Part shown: positions 27,636 to 38,003 of the stretch, piece after piece
Numbering within the stretch: position 1 is the first letter of the stretch
Layout of the letters: each line of letters starts with the position of its first letter
Source of the DNA: Kiritimatiellia bacterium
Lineage (GTDB): Bacteria > Verrucomicrobiota > Kiritimatiellia > CAIVKH01
Direction of reading: 5' to 3'
DNA: 64,000 nt
Assembly (NCBI GenBank): GCA_035327665.1
Contig: DAOLCW010000004.1
Location: forward strand, 2,598 to 66,597
The notes under the pieces: model-generated
Told to the model about the DNA's origin: nothing
Database searches by the model: none
Seen by the model: the letters and a program-made list of their open reading frames with translations, nothing else
Program-made: the position numbers and the translations under genes

Positions 27636-30600
27636 TCAAGCGACAGCCCACTCCGCGCAGAGCAATTCCGCCTGCATCAACACCGTCTTGACCGCTTCTT
27701 CCTGTAAATCCGGAGGATAGCCGTATTTGTTCAGGATGCGCTTCACCATCACCTTGATCTTGGCCCGGGCGCTCTCGCGCAAGGTCCAGTCAATGGTTAC
27801 ACTCTTGCGCACCTGAGTGATAAGTTCCGCCGCGATCACCCGCAATTTGGCGTCGCCCATCGCAACCACTGCGGATTCATTGGCGGCAAGCGCGTCGTAG
27901 AAGGCGACTTCGTCGTCGGTCAGCCCGAGGTCTTCGCCGCGTTTGGTCGCTGTGTCGAGGTCCTTGGCAAGCTTGATCAGCTCTTCGATGACCTGCATCG
28001 TGGAAATGGCCCGGTTGTGGTACGCATTAAGGGTCTTCTTGAGCTTTTCAGAAAAGACCTGGCTTTGTACGAGATTGCGCTTGGAGCGGACCTTGAGTTC
28101 GTCCTTGAGAAGCTTTTCCAGAAGCTCGGCGGCGACGTTCTTATGCTTGAGGCCGCGCACTTCGGCCAGAAATTGGTCGCTGAGGATGCTGATGTCCGGC
28201 TTGGGCAAGCCAGCCGCAGTGAACACGTCGATCACCTCGCCCTCGGTGGTGATGGCCTTGCTCGCGAGCTGGCGGATCGCCGCATCGATCTGCTCCGGCG
28301 TCTTCGTGCTGCCAGCGCTTTGCTTGTTGAGCGCGGCTTGCAGCGCTTGGAAAAAGCTTACGTCGTCGCGGATCTCCGTGGCTTCATCGCTGGCGGCACA
28401 AAGGGCAAAGGCGCGGGAAAGCTCCGTCACCACTTGTACCCAGCGTTTCTTGCCGTCGTCCTGAGCGAGGATATGCTCCTGTCCGGCGGGAAGGAGGGCA
28501 AGGCGCTCGGCGGGTTTGCCGGTGGTCCAATTGCGCCAATCGAACCCGTGCATGATATCGCACGCGATGCCGTGTTTCTCCAGCATCACGGCAATGGCCT
28601 GCCGGGTGTCATAGGTCGGATCGCCTTGCCCGCCACTTTCGGTGTACACCGCTAACGCGCGCTTCAGTTGGTCGGCGAGACCGAGGTAATCCACGACCAA
28701 CCCGCCCGGCTTGTCCCGGAACACCCGGTTGACCCGGGCAATGGCCTGCATCAGTCCGTGCCCCTGCATCGGCTTGTCTGCATACATCGTGTGCAGACAG
28801 GGCGCGTCAAAGCCGGTCAGCCACATATCGCGAACGATCACGATCTTGAACGGGTCCTTGGCATCCTTGAACCGGTTGGCCAACGCGCGCCGTTTGTCCT
28901 TGCTGCGGATATGCGGCTGCCAGTCCGGACCGTCCTCCGCACTGCCGGTCATCACAACCTTGAGTGTTTCCTCCTCCCACCCGGGACGGAGTTTGATCAG
29001 CGCATCGTAAAGATCCACGCAAATGCGGCGGCTCATGCAGACCACCATCGCCTTGCCGTCCATCGCCTCCAGCCGCTTCTCGAAATGCGCCACCAAATCG
29101 GCGGCAATCAGGGCGATGCGCTTCGGATCGCCCACCAACGCCTCCAGCGCCGCCCATTTGGTCTTCAGCTTCTCTTTCCGGGTCAGCTCCTCACCCTCGG
29201 TGATCGCCTCAAACTCCGCATCAAGCTTCGGCAACTCCGCCGCATTCAGGGACAACTTGGAAATCCGGCTCTCGTAATAAATTGGCACTGTCGCCTTGTC
29301 CGCCACCGCCCGCTGGATATCGTAAATGGAAATGTAATCGCCAAACACCGCCCGCGTGTTCGCATCGGTTTTCTCGATGGGCGTGCCGGTAAACCCGATA
29401 AAGGAGGCATGGGGCAAAGCATCCCGCATGTCACGGGCGAGACCATCGATGAGATCATACTGACTGCGATGCGCTTCATCGGCGATCACCACGATATTTC
29501 GCCGCGCGCTCAGCGCGTCATTACGGCCGCCCTTTTCCGCCAGGAACTTCTGAATGGTCGTGAAGACCACGCCACCACTGGCCACGGAAAGTAGATCCCG
29601 CAACTGTTCCCGGCTTTCGGCTTGAACCGGAGTTTGTCCGAGCATGTCATGGCAGCGCTGAAACTGGCCGAAAAGCTGATCATCGAGGTCGTTGCGGTCG
29701 GTCAGAACCACCAGGGTCGGATTCCGCATCGCCGGATGCCGGATCACCCGCGCCGCGTAGAACAGCATGGATAAACTTTTCCCGCTGCCCTGGGTATGCC
29801 ACACCACCCCCGCCCGACGGTCGCCCGGCTTGCCCCCGTGCATCGCCCTCGCCCACGAGGCGCCCATCGGATCGCGAACCGGCTCACCCACCGCGAGGTC
29901 GGCCGCCCGGAGTGTTTCCTGAACCGCAATCGTGACCGCGTGGAATTGATGATAACCCGCGATGATCTTATGGACCTCCCCGGAATCGGGATTCTCCTCA
30001 AACGCGATGAAATGTAGCAGCAGCTTGAGAAAGCGTTCCCGCTCGAAGACACCATAAATCAGGGTTTGGAGTTCGAGCGTGGCCTTGGGTCGCTGCTGCC
30101 CCTCATCCCCGGCCCTTCTCCCGGTGGAAGAAGGGAGATGTGATCCGATTTCCTGTAGAACGGCGTCTGTGTCATTCAAGACACGTTCGTTCGCGAACCG
30201 GACAACCGTCAGTCCCTGCGACCTGAGATAAGCATCCCGTTTGCCGTCGTGCTTCGAGCGTGCCGCTTCGGAATGCGGTTCGCCATCGCATTCCACGACC
30301 AGTTTTGCTTCGTGGCAGAAGAAATCACAGATGTATTCACCGAACTGGTGCTGCCGCCGGAATTTCGCCCCCATCAACTGACGATCACGCAGCAACTCCC
30401 AGAGTGCATCCTCTGCGGGAGTTTGATTCAGTCTCAACGCCCTCGCTTTGTCCGTCATTCCGGCAAAATCGAGCCCTCCGCGATAATGTTCACTCCCTCT
30501 CCCCCTGGGAGAGGGCTGGGGTGAGGGTGGAGGCGAGCCATCCGGCTCCCTCCATACCTTAAACCACTCCTGATTCGCGGTCAGTGACCCGATCCGGGCC

Positions 30601-31196
30601 TGCAAGCCATCGCTGATCACCAGCACCGCGTTGTACTGAAGCATTGACGAAATCTCGGCTTTGTAGGTTCGAATCTGGGCGTAAGCATCCCAGATCGTGG
30701 TGTCCTCATCCGCCGCGTTCTTTAACTCGATCAAACCCAAGGGCAAACCGTTCACGAAGACGATGAGGTCCGGTCGCCGGTTGTGTTGCCCCTCAATCAC
30801 TGTGAATTGGTTCACAACGAACCAGTCGTTCGCCAGCACATCCGTAAAGTCGATCAGCCAGGCCTTGTCGTGTTTGATGCTGCCATCAGGTCGGGCATAC
30901 TCAACATCCACCCCGTCGCGCAGCAACTTGTGAAACGCCCGGTTCGTCTGCACGAGCGACGGAGTCGCCAACCGCAAAACTTTCCGCAACGCCTCCTCCC
31001 GCGCCTCCCCGGGAACATCTGGATTCAAACGCCCGATCGCCTCACGCAGACGCCCCACCAAAACCACGTCCCCAAATCCATTCCGCTCCGAGGACGCTTC
31101 ACCCGGCGCAAGTTGCGGCCCGTGCCCGGTCGCATAGCCAAGATCCCCGAACCATTCGAGGGCGGCGTCTTCGACGATGGATTCGTTGAGGGTCAT
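27636..31196 (-). CDS. hsdR: type I restriction enzyme R subunit HsdR carrying an in-frame DUF559 (Vsr-like endonuclease) domain insertion
   Basis: N-terminal PD-(D/E)xK ([12 protein letters not shown]), helicase Walker A (TQGSGKS), DEAH (IADEAH), C-terminal HsdR domain; insertion ...[30 protein letters not shown]...[15 protein letters not shown] is DUF559-like. Confidence 0.9.
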   Translation of the reverse strand: MTLNESIVEDAALEWFGDLGYATGHGPQLAPGEASSERNGFGDVVLVGRLREAIGRLNPDVPGEAREEALRKVLRLATPSLVQTNRAFHKLLRDGVDVEYARPDGSIKHDKAWLIDFTDVLANDWFVVNQFTVIEGQHNRRPDLIVFVNGLPLGLIELKNAADEDTTIWDAYAQIRTYKAEISSMLQYNAVLVISDGLQARIGSLTANQEWFKVWREPDGSPPPSPQPSPRGRGSEHYRGGLDFAGMTDKARALRLNQTPAEDALWELLRDRQLMGAKFRRQHQFGEYICDFFCHEAKLVVECDGEPHSEAARSKHDGKRDAYLRSQGLTVVRFANERVLNDTDAVLQEIGSHLPSSTGRRAGDEGQQRPKATLELQTLIYGVFERERFLKLLLHFIAFEENPDSGEVHKIIAGYHQFHAVTIAVQETLRAADLAVGEPVRDPMGASWARAMHGGKPGDRRAGVVWHTQGSGKSLSMLFYAARVIRHPAMRNPTLVVLTDRNDLDDQLFGQFQRCHDMLGQTPVQAESREQLRDLLSVASGGVVFTTIQKFLAEKGGRNDALSARRNIVVIADEAHRSQYDLIDGLARDMRDALPHASFIGFTGTPIEKTDANTRAVFGDYISIYDIQRAVADKATVPIYYESRISKLSLNAAELPKLDAEFEAITEGEELTRKEKLKTKWAALEALVGDPKRIALIAADLVAHFEKRLEAMDGKAMVVCMSRRICVDLYDALIKLRPGWEEETLKVVMTGSAEDGPDWQPHIRSKDKRRALANRFKDAKDPFKIVIVRDMWLTGFDAPCLHTMYADKPMQGHGLMQAIARVNRVFRDKPGGLVVDYLGLADQLKRALAVYTESGGQGDPTYDTRQAIAVMLEKHGIACDIMHGFDWRNWTTGKPAERLALLPAGQEHILAQDDGKKRWVQVVTELSRAFALCAASDEATEIRDDVSFFQALQAALNKQSAGSTKTPEQIDAAIRQLASKAITTEGEVIDVFTAAGLPKPDISILSDQFLAEVRGLKHKNVAAELLEKLLKDELKVRSKRNLVQSQVFSEKLKKTLNAYHNRAISTMQVIEELIKLAKDLDTATKRGEDLGLTDDEVAFYDALAANESAVVAMGDAKLRVIAAELITQVRKSVTIDWTLRESARAKIKVMVKRILNKYGYPPDLQEEAVKTVLMQAELLCAEWAVA
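30098..30140. repeat. REP/MITE-like palindromic element, copy d (in hsdR)
   Basis: gcccctcatccccggcccttctcccggtggaagaaggg; imperfect inverted repeat cccttctccc/ggaagaaggg. Confidence 0.6.
30493..30535. repeat. REP/MITE-like palindromic element, copy c (in hsdR, opposite orientation)
   Basis: ccctctccccctgggagagggctggggtgagggtgg; palindrome ccctctcccc/gggagaggg. Confidence 0.6.
31157..31190. repeat. 34-bp direct repeat, copy 1 (hsdR start region)
   Basis: cgagggcggcgtcttcgacgatggattcgttgag identical to 32358..32391. Confidence 0.9.
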
Positions 31197-32260
31197 GGTT
31201 GGTCGCGCTCCGGCGGCAATTCTTTGAGCAAACGATCAAAGTCCGACTCGAACAACCGGTCCTGCACGATGCGGTATTTCTCGAATTCGCTCTCCGCGTG
31301 TGCTTGGGCGATTTCGGCGGTGACTTTGCCGGCATCGTGCAGGATTTCGCGGTCAGTCGCGGCAATGAAGCGGTTGAGGCGGGTTTCCCAGTCCTGCATG
31401 GTCATGGGAATCTCACGCAGCGCCATGTCCTCGGCAATATCCAAGTAGGCGGAAACGAGCCGCTGGAGCTGCTCCATTTCGTTTTCCGTCAGGTAGTTCT
31501 TTGCCACAACCACATCGAACTTCTGGATTTTACCTTTGGGCGCGTCCTTCCAGGTGGTCAGGCCCATGCGGTCTTTCGCTGCATCGGCGCGAGCGACGAT
31601 GACCTCGGCTGCCGTCTGGCCGTGGATGGCCCAGTGGAGCTTGTTCTGTACGGTGGCGAAGAAACGCTGCGTGGCGATGGCAGTGACGTCGTAATCGATG
31701 GAGGTCGCGTAAATATCCGTGATCTTCTGGTAGAACTTGCGCTCGCTTAGACGTATTTCGCGGATGCGTTGGAGTTGTTCCTCGAAGTATTTTTTGCCGA
31801 GGATCGAGCCGTCGTTCTTGAGACGCTCGTCATCCATCGCGTAGCCCTTGATGGTGAAGGATTCGATGATGCCGGTGGCCCACTTGCGGAACTGCACGGC
31901 ACGCTCCGAGTTCACCTTGTAGCCGACCGCGATGATGGCGGAGAGATTGTAGTGCTGGGTGTCGTAGGTTTTGCCGTCGGCGGCAGTTATTCGAAAATTT
32001 CGAATAACTGAACCGGCCTCCAGTTCGGCGTCGTCGAAGACCTTTTTGAGGTGGTAATTGATCGTGTGCGTCTCCACGTCGTAGAGCAGCCCCATCATCT
32101 TCTGGCTGAGCCAGACATTCTCATCGGAGTAAACCGCCTCGACGCCACCCTGCCCGCTGGCCGCCACAAAGGTCAGGTATTCCGCCGCCGAGGAGCGGAC
32201 GAGCGAGACTTCGTCCTTCTTCTTGGCGCGACCGCCCGGGGTGGGTTTCTTTTTACTCAC
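31193..32260 (-). CDS. rhuM: RhuM family virulence-like protein (common type I RM accessory gene)
   Basis: [15 protein letters not shown]...[43 protein letters not shown] matches RhuM; GTG start at 32260; stop overlaps hsdR start. Confidence 0.8.
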   Translation of the reverse strand: MSKKKPTPGGRAKKKDEVSLVRSSAAEYLTFVAASGQGGVEAVYSDENVWLSQKMMGLLYDVETHTINYHLKKVFDDAELEAGSVIRNFRITAADGKTYDTQHYNLSAIIAVGYKVNSERAVQFRKWATGIIESFTIKGYAMDDERLKNDGSILGKKYFEEQLQRIREIRLSERKFYQKITDIYATSIDYDVTAIATQRFFATVQNKLHWAIHGQTAAEVIVARADAAKDRMGLTTWKDAPKGKIQKFDVVVAKNYLTENEMEQLQRLVSAYLDIAEDMALREIPMTMQDWETRLNRFIAATDREILHDAGKVTAEIAQAHAESEFEKYRIVQDRLFESDFDRLLKELPPERDQP

Positions 32261-32317
32261 GGGTTTGTCCTCCTCGCGATTTGAACTCTTCGAGATTGCC
32301 GAATGGTTGCCCGCGAC

Positions 32318-32348
32318 TCCTCGGAAAGGGCCGGGGTGAGGGATGCCA
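32318..32348. repeat. partial REP/MITE-like element, copy e
   Basis: gggccggggtgaggg is the reverse complement of the ccctcaccccggccc arm of copies a and d. Confidence 0.45.
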
Positions 32349-32397
32349 CAGGCATTACGAGGGCGGCGTCTTCGACGATGGATTCGTTGAGTTTCAT
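32341..32397 (-). pseudogene. hsdR 5' remnant (first ~13 codons [13 protein letters not shown]) displaced by cassette insertion
   Basis: Compare hsdR N-terminus [16 protein letters not shown]; the remnant diverges after EDAAL into a REP-like element. Confidence 0.5.
32358..32391. repeat. 34-bp direct repeat, copy 2 (hsdR 5' remnant)
   Basis: Identical to 31157..31190; encodes [13 protein letters not shown] on minus strand. Confidence 0.9.
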
Positions 32398-33230
32398 TTG
32401 TCTTTCAACCACACCAGCGCTTCGGGGTGCGCCTTCCACGCCATGCCCAGAACATCGGCAAAACACACTGCCTCCTCCTTGCTGCCTGAAGCATAGAAGG
32501 AAGGCAGGATTCTCGGCAGACGTTTTCCCAGCAAATACGCCTCAACGTGGGCATTTTGCTTACGGGCGGTATTGATGGCCTTGGCTGCGGCTTTGAAGTC
32601 ATCCCGCAGCCACAAATCCAGAACCTTGCCCCAGGCAAAAACCATACTCAGCTTGGCTTCGTTGTATTGTTTGAACAGGCGCGCGGTTTGTTGAAGCCGC
32701 TTGAGAGCGAGCAGGGTCGGCAATAGATAATAGCGCAATCCCTGATTGTCGTTGGGATTCAACTCCAGAAGGGCCGTCCATTCCGCTGCAGCCTCTTCAA
32801 GATTGCCGGACCGGCGCAACGCTTCGGCCAAATCCGCCCGCGCCCGCATGTAGGGACGTGTTTCCATGAATCCCCAAAAGCTGCCTTTCAGATGCAAAAA
32901 CACCTCCGGCCCCAACTGGTGGGCAGCCAGCTCTACCAGCTTGCGCAGGACGTCAATGCGCTGCCTGATTGAAAGACCAAGATCGTGAAGCAAGACCAGC
33001 CAGGCATCAACATGGGTCGGATCCAGTTCCAAGGCATTTTCCAACATTGCGTTCTGATCCTCATTCGAACGCGCCTCCATCGCGTCGTAATACAGTTCAC
33101 GCGATGCCTCGCTCAACGGACGCGCCGGTTCGCCCAACGCCCGATCCAGCGTTTTGATGATCCCGGCAAAACTGTACCGGTTCCCCCCGTTGCCAAGCCC
33201 CCCCTCAATCACACGTAGTTGCATTATCAA
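32394..33230 (-). CDS. hypothetical all-helical (TPR-like) protein embedded in type I RM locus
   Basis: 278-aa ORF, good codon usage, no family recognised; stop overlaps ATG of hsdR remnant (ATGA). Confidence 0.5.
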   Translation of the reverse strand: MIMQLRVIEGGLGNGGNRYSFAGIIKTLDRALGEPARPLSEASRELYYDAMEARSNEDQNAMLENALELDPTHVDAWLVLLHDLGLSIRQRIDVLRKLVELAAHQLGPEVFLHLKGSFWGFMETRPYMRARADLAEALRRSGNLEEAAAEWTALLELNPNDNQGLRYYLLPTLLALKRLQQTARLFKQYNEAKLSMVFAWGKVLDLWLRDDFKAAAKAINTARKQNAHVEAYLLGKRLPRILPSFYASGSKEEAVCFADVLGMAWKAHPEALVWLKDK

Positions 33231-33351
33231 GACTCCTCATTTGCGGATAATCGATTAGCGATCAGCGTGGCAGAACTCATAACCATCTTTGTCCCTTCAG
33301 ACTTCAGGGAAGATTAGTACAGATTGCGGTGTTCGACCATTAAGAAGGTAC

Positions 33352-34773
33352 TCATGCCGGAACCTCCTTTTCGACCTCCGCCACACTCAACTCCCCGCTC
33401 AGCAGCTTCGGCAACAACGTGTCGCGCAGGGTGGCGAGGGTGCGGGATTGGTGGAGGTTGGCATGGATGCGGTCGAGCATTGGTTGAATGATCCGCGTGA
33501 AGGCGGCGGCGATGGGTTTCGACGGCACGGCGACCTTGAAGGAACTGATGTCGCTCCAGTTCGTTCGCGGCATCTTGGTTCCAGTGGATGCGAGATCGGT
33601 GAATTGAATCAGTTCGTCGCTGCTTGCGTGGCCGAGGAGGAACCCGAACCACTCGGGGCTTTTCGGTGCGAGGACGAGGATGTCGGTGGAGCATACGCCA
33701 TCGAACGGGGCGACGCCGACTTTGTGGAAGTAAGGCCGCAGCTTGCCGAAGAGGATTTCGCCTTTATTGAACGCGGACTTGCCGCTCGCCACGTCGGCGG
33801 AGTCGTCCCAATCGCCGAGCGCGATGCAGCGACGCGGCATGTGTTCCAAGGCGATGTAGGGCGTGTTCGGTGCGATGTCGCCGGGCTGGACGCCGCGCCG
33901 CGAGTTCGTGCCGATGTCACCGACTGTTCCCACCGTCCATCCTTTGGGAATGTAACCGAGGGGTGAGTCTTCCAAGTGCTCGGGAAAGAGGGCGGCGATG
34001 GCGGGGTCTAGCGCGAAGCGCCCCTCTTCCCCGCCCCTTCTCCCACTGGGAGAAGGGTGGCCGGCAGGCCGGGTTGAGGGTTGATTCCGATCCATGTTCC
34101 GCCGAACTGGATCGAAATCAATAAACCAGCTCTGGAACAGCGCCCGCGCCATCCCCTCCAGCGTCTCGTTCATCCGCCGGTTCAACTCGATATTGTCATC
34201 GAGCGTGCCGAGTATGTGGGCGATGCGTTTTTGGATGGGGAGGGGTGGGAGTGTGAGCGGTGTGTTGCGAAGAATACCAAGGTTAGTGTGTGGAACGCCG
34301 GTTTGGATCGCATTCTGTCGAATGTAATCCTGCTGCTCCGCGCTGGTGAAGACGTAGTAGAGAAACACGGTATCTGCCTTCTCGGCATCGACCGTGAGCT
34401 TCATCTGGCTCTGAGAAATCAGGTATCTGTCCACGCCCTTCTTTGGCACTATGGCGACTTGGCCAAGCGTGCCGCGTTGAGTGAAAACTATGTCTCCGGG
34501 TTTCGCGCAGTTTGAGGAAAGAGATTCGGCCTTCTCTGGCGTGACATAAGCGAACTCGCCATCGACCCAACGGCCATGGCCCATGTTCGTTCCGCGAATG
34601 ACGGGGACTCCCGCAGGCACATAGTCTTTTGAGACCAAGTCAGAGCCGAACGGACCGCCGACGAGCGCATTTCGAGTCTTTACGGCGAGTTCGCCGACGG
34701 TGCAGTCAATGAACGCTTCAGTCGCCATACCCCAGCCCCCTTCCTCCTGCGCACTGCTCGCTATAGCGAGCAT
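33352..34773 (-). CDS. hsdS: type I restriction-modification specificity subunit HsdS (with in-frame palindromic-element insertion in central conserved region)
   Basis: Two TRD halves, central conserved LPPLPIQKRIAHILGTLDDNIELNRRMNETLE and C-terminal LPKLLSGEL repeats; extra segment NQPSTRPAGHPSPSGRRGGEEGRF coincides with element copy b. Confidence 0.82.
   Translation of the reverse strand: MLAIASSAQEEGGWGMATEAFIDCTVGELAVKTRNALVGGPFGSDLVSKDYVPAGVPVIRGTNMGHGRWVDGEFAYVTPEKAESLSSNCAKPGDIVFTQRGTLGQVAIVPKKGVDRYLISQSQMKLTVDAEKADTVFLYYVFTSAEQQDYIRQNAIQTGVPHTNLGILRNTPLTLPPLPIQKRIAHILGTLDDNIELNRRMNETLEGMARALFQSWFIDFDPVRRNMDRNQPSTRPAGHPSPSGRRGGEEGRFALDPAIAALFPEHLEDSPLGYIPKGWTVGTVGDIGTNSRRGVQPGDIAPNTPYIALEHMPRRCIALGDWDDSADVASGKSAFNKGEILFGKLRPYFHKVGVAPFDGVCSTDILVLAPKSPEWFGFLLGHASSDELIQFTDLASTGTKMPRTNWSDISSFKVAVPSKPIAAAFTRIIQPMLDRIHANLHQSRTLATLRDTLLPKLLSGELSVAEVEKEVPA
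34017..34085. repeat. REP/MITE-like palindromic element, copy b (in hsdS)
   Basis: agcgcccctcttccccgccccttctcccactgggagaagggtggccggcaggccggg; palindrome cccttctccc/gggagaaggg. Confidence 0.6.
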
Positions 34774-34929
34774 GCCGGTTTGCTTTGCTAGGTTGCTCCA
34801 GCCTTACATCCCCGGCGAGCCGGGTCGCAGGGGTCGCCTGTGTCCCATGGGACCGGTGCGACCCGGGGGACGGTTTGGGGCTGGGTGAGTCAGGGGGCGA
34901 CAGGGTCTTGAGTGAACTTCCGGGGGATT

Positions 34930-35586
34930 TCACGGGGGGCTTCTCCGGCTTTGCTTGGCCCGGGCTTGAAGGCGGGCCCGGGTCATGCGTTCGCGGAGAC
35001 CGCCTTCCTTCAAAAAATCCTGTTCGAGGCGACGGAGCTGCCGGTCGATCAGGTAATTGGCCTGGTTGATGAGGCAGATCAGGATATTGGCCACGGTTTC
35101 ACCGGGCCGGGTCTCGATAAACTCCCGGAAATGATCATACTTCAGATCATCGCGGGCGCTGAGCTTGCGCACATACAGCGCTTCCTTGCTGTTCTTGTCC
35201 CACGGGGTCAAATCCTGGTGAATCAGAAAATCCTCATAATCACCCAGCAACTCTTCCAAGCTCCCCCTCGCCACCGACGTCAGCTTAATCTCCGATTCTT
35301 TCGATGTCCCCGAAACCTGGCTCGCCTCGGCAATATTTTTGTTCCCGCTCCGCGCCGCCTGCACCATCTGGTCATGCGTCCGCGACCGTCGGCTGATAAA
35401 CCTGTCGCAGAACACCTTCGTCGCCCGGTAAATCACCTCCGTTTTCCGGTATCCGTGCAGATTGGCATACCCCCCATGCGGCGGGATAAACCCTTCTTCC
35501 GGCTCATCCCGGCTCCCGCGCGGCGATCGCCGCGCCCGATCCGTCCCCCGCGTCCCCCGGGTCCCATTCTCCCCGGAATCAGCCAT
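34930..35586 (-). CDS. four-helix-bundle protein (TIGR02436-like; frequent type I RM locus passenger)
   Basis: [12 protein letters not shown] and [16 protein letters not shown] match the family; overlaps hsdM stop by 8 bp. Confidence 0.65.
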   Translation of the reverse strand: MADSGENGTRGTRGTDRARRSPRGSRDEPEEGFIPPHGGYANLHGYRKTEVIYRATKVFCDRFISRRSRTHDQMVQAARSGNKNIAEASQVSGTSKESEIKLTSVARGSLEELLGDYEDFLIHQDLTPWDKNSKEALYVRKLSARDDLKYDHFREFIETRPGETVANILICLINQANYLIDRQLRRLEQDFLKEGGLRERMTRARLQARAKQSRRSPP

Positions 35587-37270
35587 ACCCCAACCCCTTC
35601 AAATTTTCCCGGATCGCTGCCTCCAGCCTCGCCGATTCCGCAAACTGTCCATCCAGCTCGGTCACCAGCCGCTTCATCTTCACCTCAAACGGCTCCCCGT
35701 CGTCCTCGACCGCTTCCGCTCCGACATACCGGCCCGGAGTAAGCACATAGCCATGCGCGGCAATTTCGGCGGTGGTGGCGGACTTGCAAAAACCCGGCGT
35801 ATCGGAATAGGACAAATGGGACGCGTGGGACCGATCCCCACGCCAGGCATGGTAGGTCGCTGTGATCTTTTCCAGATCGGCATCGGTCAGTTCTCGGTGG
35901 ACCCGGTCGATCAGCGTGCCGAGTTTGCGGGCGTCGATGAATAGCGTTTGCTTCCTTCGGTCGCGCAAACGCCCCTCACCCCCAGCCCCTCTCCCACTGG
36001 GAGAGAGTTTCCCGCCTGATTTGTCGCGGGAAATAAACCAGAGGCAGACGGGAATCTGCGTGCTGTAAAAAAGCTGTCCCGGCAAGGCGACCATGCAGTC
36101 CACGAGGTCGGCTTCGATCAGAGCTTTGCGGATCTCGCCTTCGCCGGACTGGTTCGAGGACATGCTCCCGTTGGCGAGAACGAAGCCGGCCATGCCCTGC
36201 GGCGCGAGGTGGTGGATGAAGTGTTGGACCCAGGCAAAGTTCGCGTTGCCCTTGGGCGGGACGCCATACAGCCAGCGCACGTCGTCGTCCTTGCGGAACC
36301 AGTCGGAATCGTTGAACGGCGGATTGGCGAGCACATAGTCGGCGCGGAGGTCGGGGTGGAGATCGCGGCGGAAGGTGTCGGCGTGTTCGGGACCGAAGTC
36401 GGCCTCGATCCCGCGGATGGCGAGGTTCATGATCGCGAGGCGCCGCGTGGTGGCATTGCTCTCCTGCCCGTAAATGCTAATGTCCCCCACCCGCCCACCG
36501 TGGGACTCCACAAACTTCTCCGACTGCACGAACATCCCGCCCGACCCGCAGCAGGGGTCATAGATGCGTCCCTTGTAAGGCGCCAGCATTTCCACCAGGC
36601 AGCGCACCACGCAACTTGGGGTATAGAACTGTCCCCCGTTCTTGCCTTCGGCCGAAGCGAAGCGGGTCAGAAAATACTCATAGACCCGGCCGAGCAAATC
36701 CACCGAACGGTGCGAGGGCAACGGAGCGGTTTCCAGGACCCCGGCCGCCTCACCGGCCCCGAGGTCGGGTGGGAGGTCGGCCTTGGCCACATCCACGCCG
36801 TCCGAGGACGGAACAAGGGTGATGGTCCCGATCAAATCAATCAACTCTCCCAAGCGATGCTTATCCAGGGCCGGACGCGCGTAATCTTTGGGGAGGACGC
36901 CCTTGAGGCGCGGATTGTCCCGTTCAATGGCAACCATGGCGTCGTCGACGATTTTGCCGATGGTCGGCTGCTTGGCGCTGTTCTGGAGGTATGACCACCG
37001 GGCGGCGGGCGGCACCCAAAACACATTCTCCGCCTTGTATTCGTCCTGATCTTCCGGATCAGCCCCCTCGTAGTCGCCCTTCCCCAACAGCAGTTTAGCC
37101 CGATGCTCCTCGAACGAATCGGAGATGTACTTCAGGAAGATCAACCCCAGCACCACATGCTTGTACTCCGCCGCGTCCATATTGTTGCGGAGCTTGTCAG
37201 CGGCAAGCCAAAGCTTGGCCTCGAAACCGATGGTAGCCGTCGATTTTTCAGTTTTGCGTTTAGCGGCCAT
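35579..37270 (-). CDS. hsdM: type I restriction-modification DNA methyltransferase subunit HsdM (with in-frame palindromic-element insertion)
   Basis: HsdM N-domain ([13 protein letters not shown]), NPPFN catalytic motif, AdoMet motif (DPCCGSGGM); extra [18 protein letters not shown] before [10 protein letters not shown] coincides with element copy a. Confidence 0.9.
   Translation of the reverse strand: MAAKRKTEKSTATIGFEAKLWLAADKLRNNMDAAEYKHVVLGLIFLKYISDSFEEHRAKLLLGKGDYEGADPEDQDEYKAENVFWVPPAARWSYLQNSAKQPTIGKIVDDAMVAIERDNPRLKGVLPKDYARPALDKHRLGELIDLIGTITLVPSSDGVDVAKADLPPDLGAGEAAGVLETAPLPSHRSVDLLGRVYEYFLTRFASAEGKNGGQFYTPSCVVRCLVEMLAPYKGRIYDPCCGSGGMFVQSEKFVESHGGRVGDISIYGQESNATTRRLAIMNLAIRGIEADFGPEHADTFRRDLHPDLRADYVLANPPFNDSDWFRKDDDVRWLYGVPPKGNANFAWVQHFIHHLAPQGMAGFVLANGSMSSNQSGEGEIRKALIEADLVDCMVALPGQLFYSTQIPVCLWFISRDKSGGKLSPSGRGAGGEGRLRDRRKQTLFIDARKLGTLIDRVHRELTDADLEKITATYHAWRGDRSHASHLSYSDTPGFCKSATTAEIAAHGYVLTPGRYVGAEAVEDDGEPFEVKMKRLVTELDGQFAESARLEAAIRENLKGLGYG
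35968..36012. repeat. REP/MITE-like palindromic element, copy a (in hsdM)
   Basis: aacgcccctcacccccagcccctctcccactgggagagagtttcccgcc; palindrome cctctccc/gggagag. Confidence 0.6.
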
Positions 37271-37428
37271 GATTGCCGCAAATTCTAGCTACGGCCTCCA
37301 TGCGAGTCAACGAATCCGACACAGCCGCATCTGCGATGGAGGACATCCCTCCAACGGCGTCTTTTCCTGAAGGTAAATTCCATGATTTCAACTTGCGGGG
37401 GGTGACGGGTTCGGGGATAGTCCCGACC

Positions 37429-37800
37429 ATGAACACACGACGCGGAGAACTGGAAGCGCGGATTACCGAAGCGATGATCAAATTCGAACGGGAATTCATG
37501 GGCCGCGGACCCACCGAAGCCCGGACCTACCTGATCGATGACATGGTTCTGGTGCGCATGAAGGGCATCATCACCCGGGCCGAACACCACCTCGCCTCCG
37601 CCGATCCCACCGGGCGCGGGCGCGACCTCGTCAAACAAAGCCGCACCGAACTGATCGAAAAAGCCCGCCCGATGCTGAATCAATTGATCCAGGACACCCT
37701 CGGGGCCTCCGTGGTCAGCCTCTACACCGACATCTCGGTAAAATCCGGGGAACGCATGGTGTTGTTCACCCTCGACCGAAAACTTTCCCTTCCCGCTTGA
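37429..37800 (+). CDS. DUF2294 (MpsC-like) family protein
   Basis: Internal ATG at 37429; RGELEARITEAMIKFEREFMGRGPTEARTYLIDDMVLVRMKGIIT...VSLYTDISVKSGERMVLFTLD matches my recollection of the DUF2294 consensus. Confidence 0.65.
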   Translation: MNTRRGELEARITEAMIKFEREFMGRGPTEARTYLIDDMVLVRMKGIITRAEHHLASADPTGRGRDLVKQSRTELIEKARPMLNQLIQDTLGASVVSLYTDISVKSGERMVLFTLDRKLSLPA

Positions 37801-38003
37801 CAACTCGTCCCTGATCCTTAATTCTCACCCCCAAGTTAGCAATCAAACGGCTCGGGACACTGTCTTGGTCCGGTGGGTTGCTGGCGAAGAGAAACGTGTT
37901 GCAAGTTCCGGCCGAGCCCCCGGGGGAGCGGTTGGAAAGTGAGGCTGAAAGCGTCCATGATGGATGGTTCAGTCTTTTTTTTATGCCGAAAAGGAATGCA
38001 AAC

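Larger units (their letters stand above)
30098..30535 (-). mobile_element. putative cassette: DUF559 domain coding segment bounded by two inverted GC-rich palindromic (REP/MITE-like) elements, inserted in-frame in hsdR
   Basis: Elements at 30098..30140 and 30493..30535 flank the DUF559-coding segment; the canonical HsdR WR..DG / LQ.VIEGVFDK junction is interrupted by about 145 aa. Confidence 0.45.
31157..32391 (-). mobile_element. putative inserted cassette (rhuM plus partial REP-like element) bounded by 34-bp direct repeats duplicating the hsdR 5' end
   Basis: Direct repeats at both ends; partial palindromic element at 32318..32348; ancestral junction (upstream gene stop overlapping hsdR ATG, ATGA) preserved at 32394..32397. 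Confidence 0.4.

Noticed and set aside
33289-33966. 225-aa plus-strand ORF opposite hsdS
   Set aside because: Overlaps a well-supported HsdS gene entirely; Arg/Gly-rich low-complexity product.
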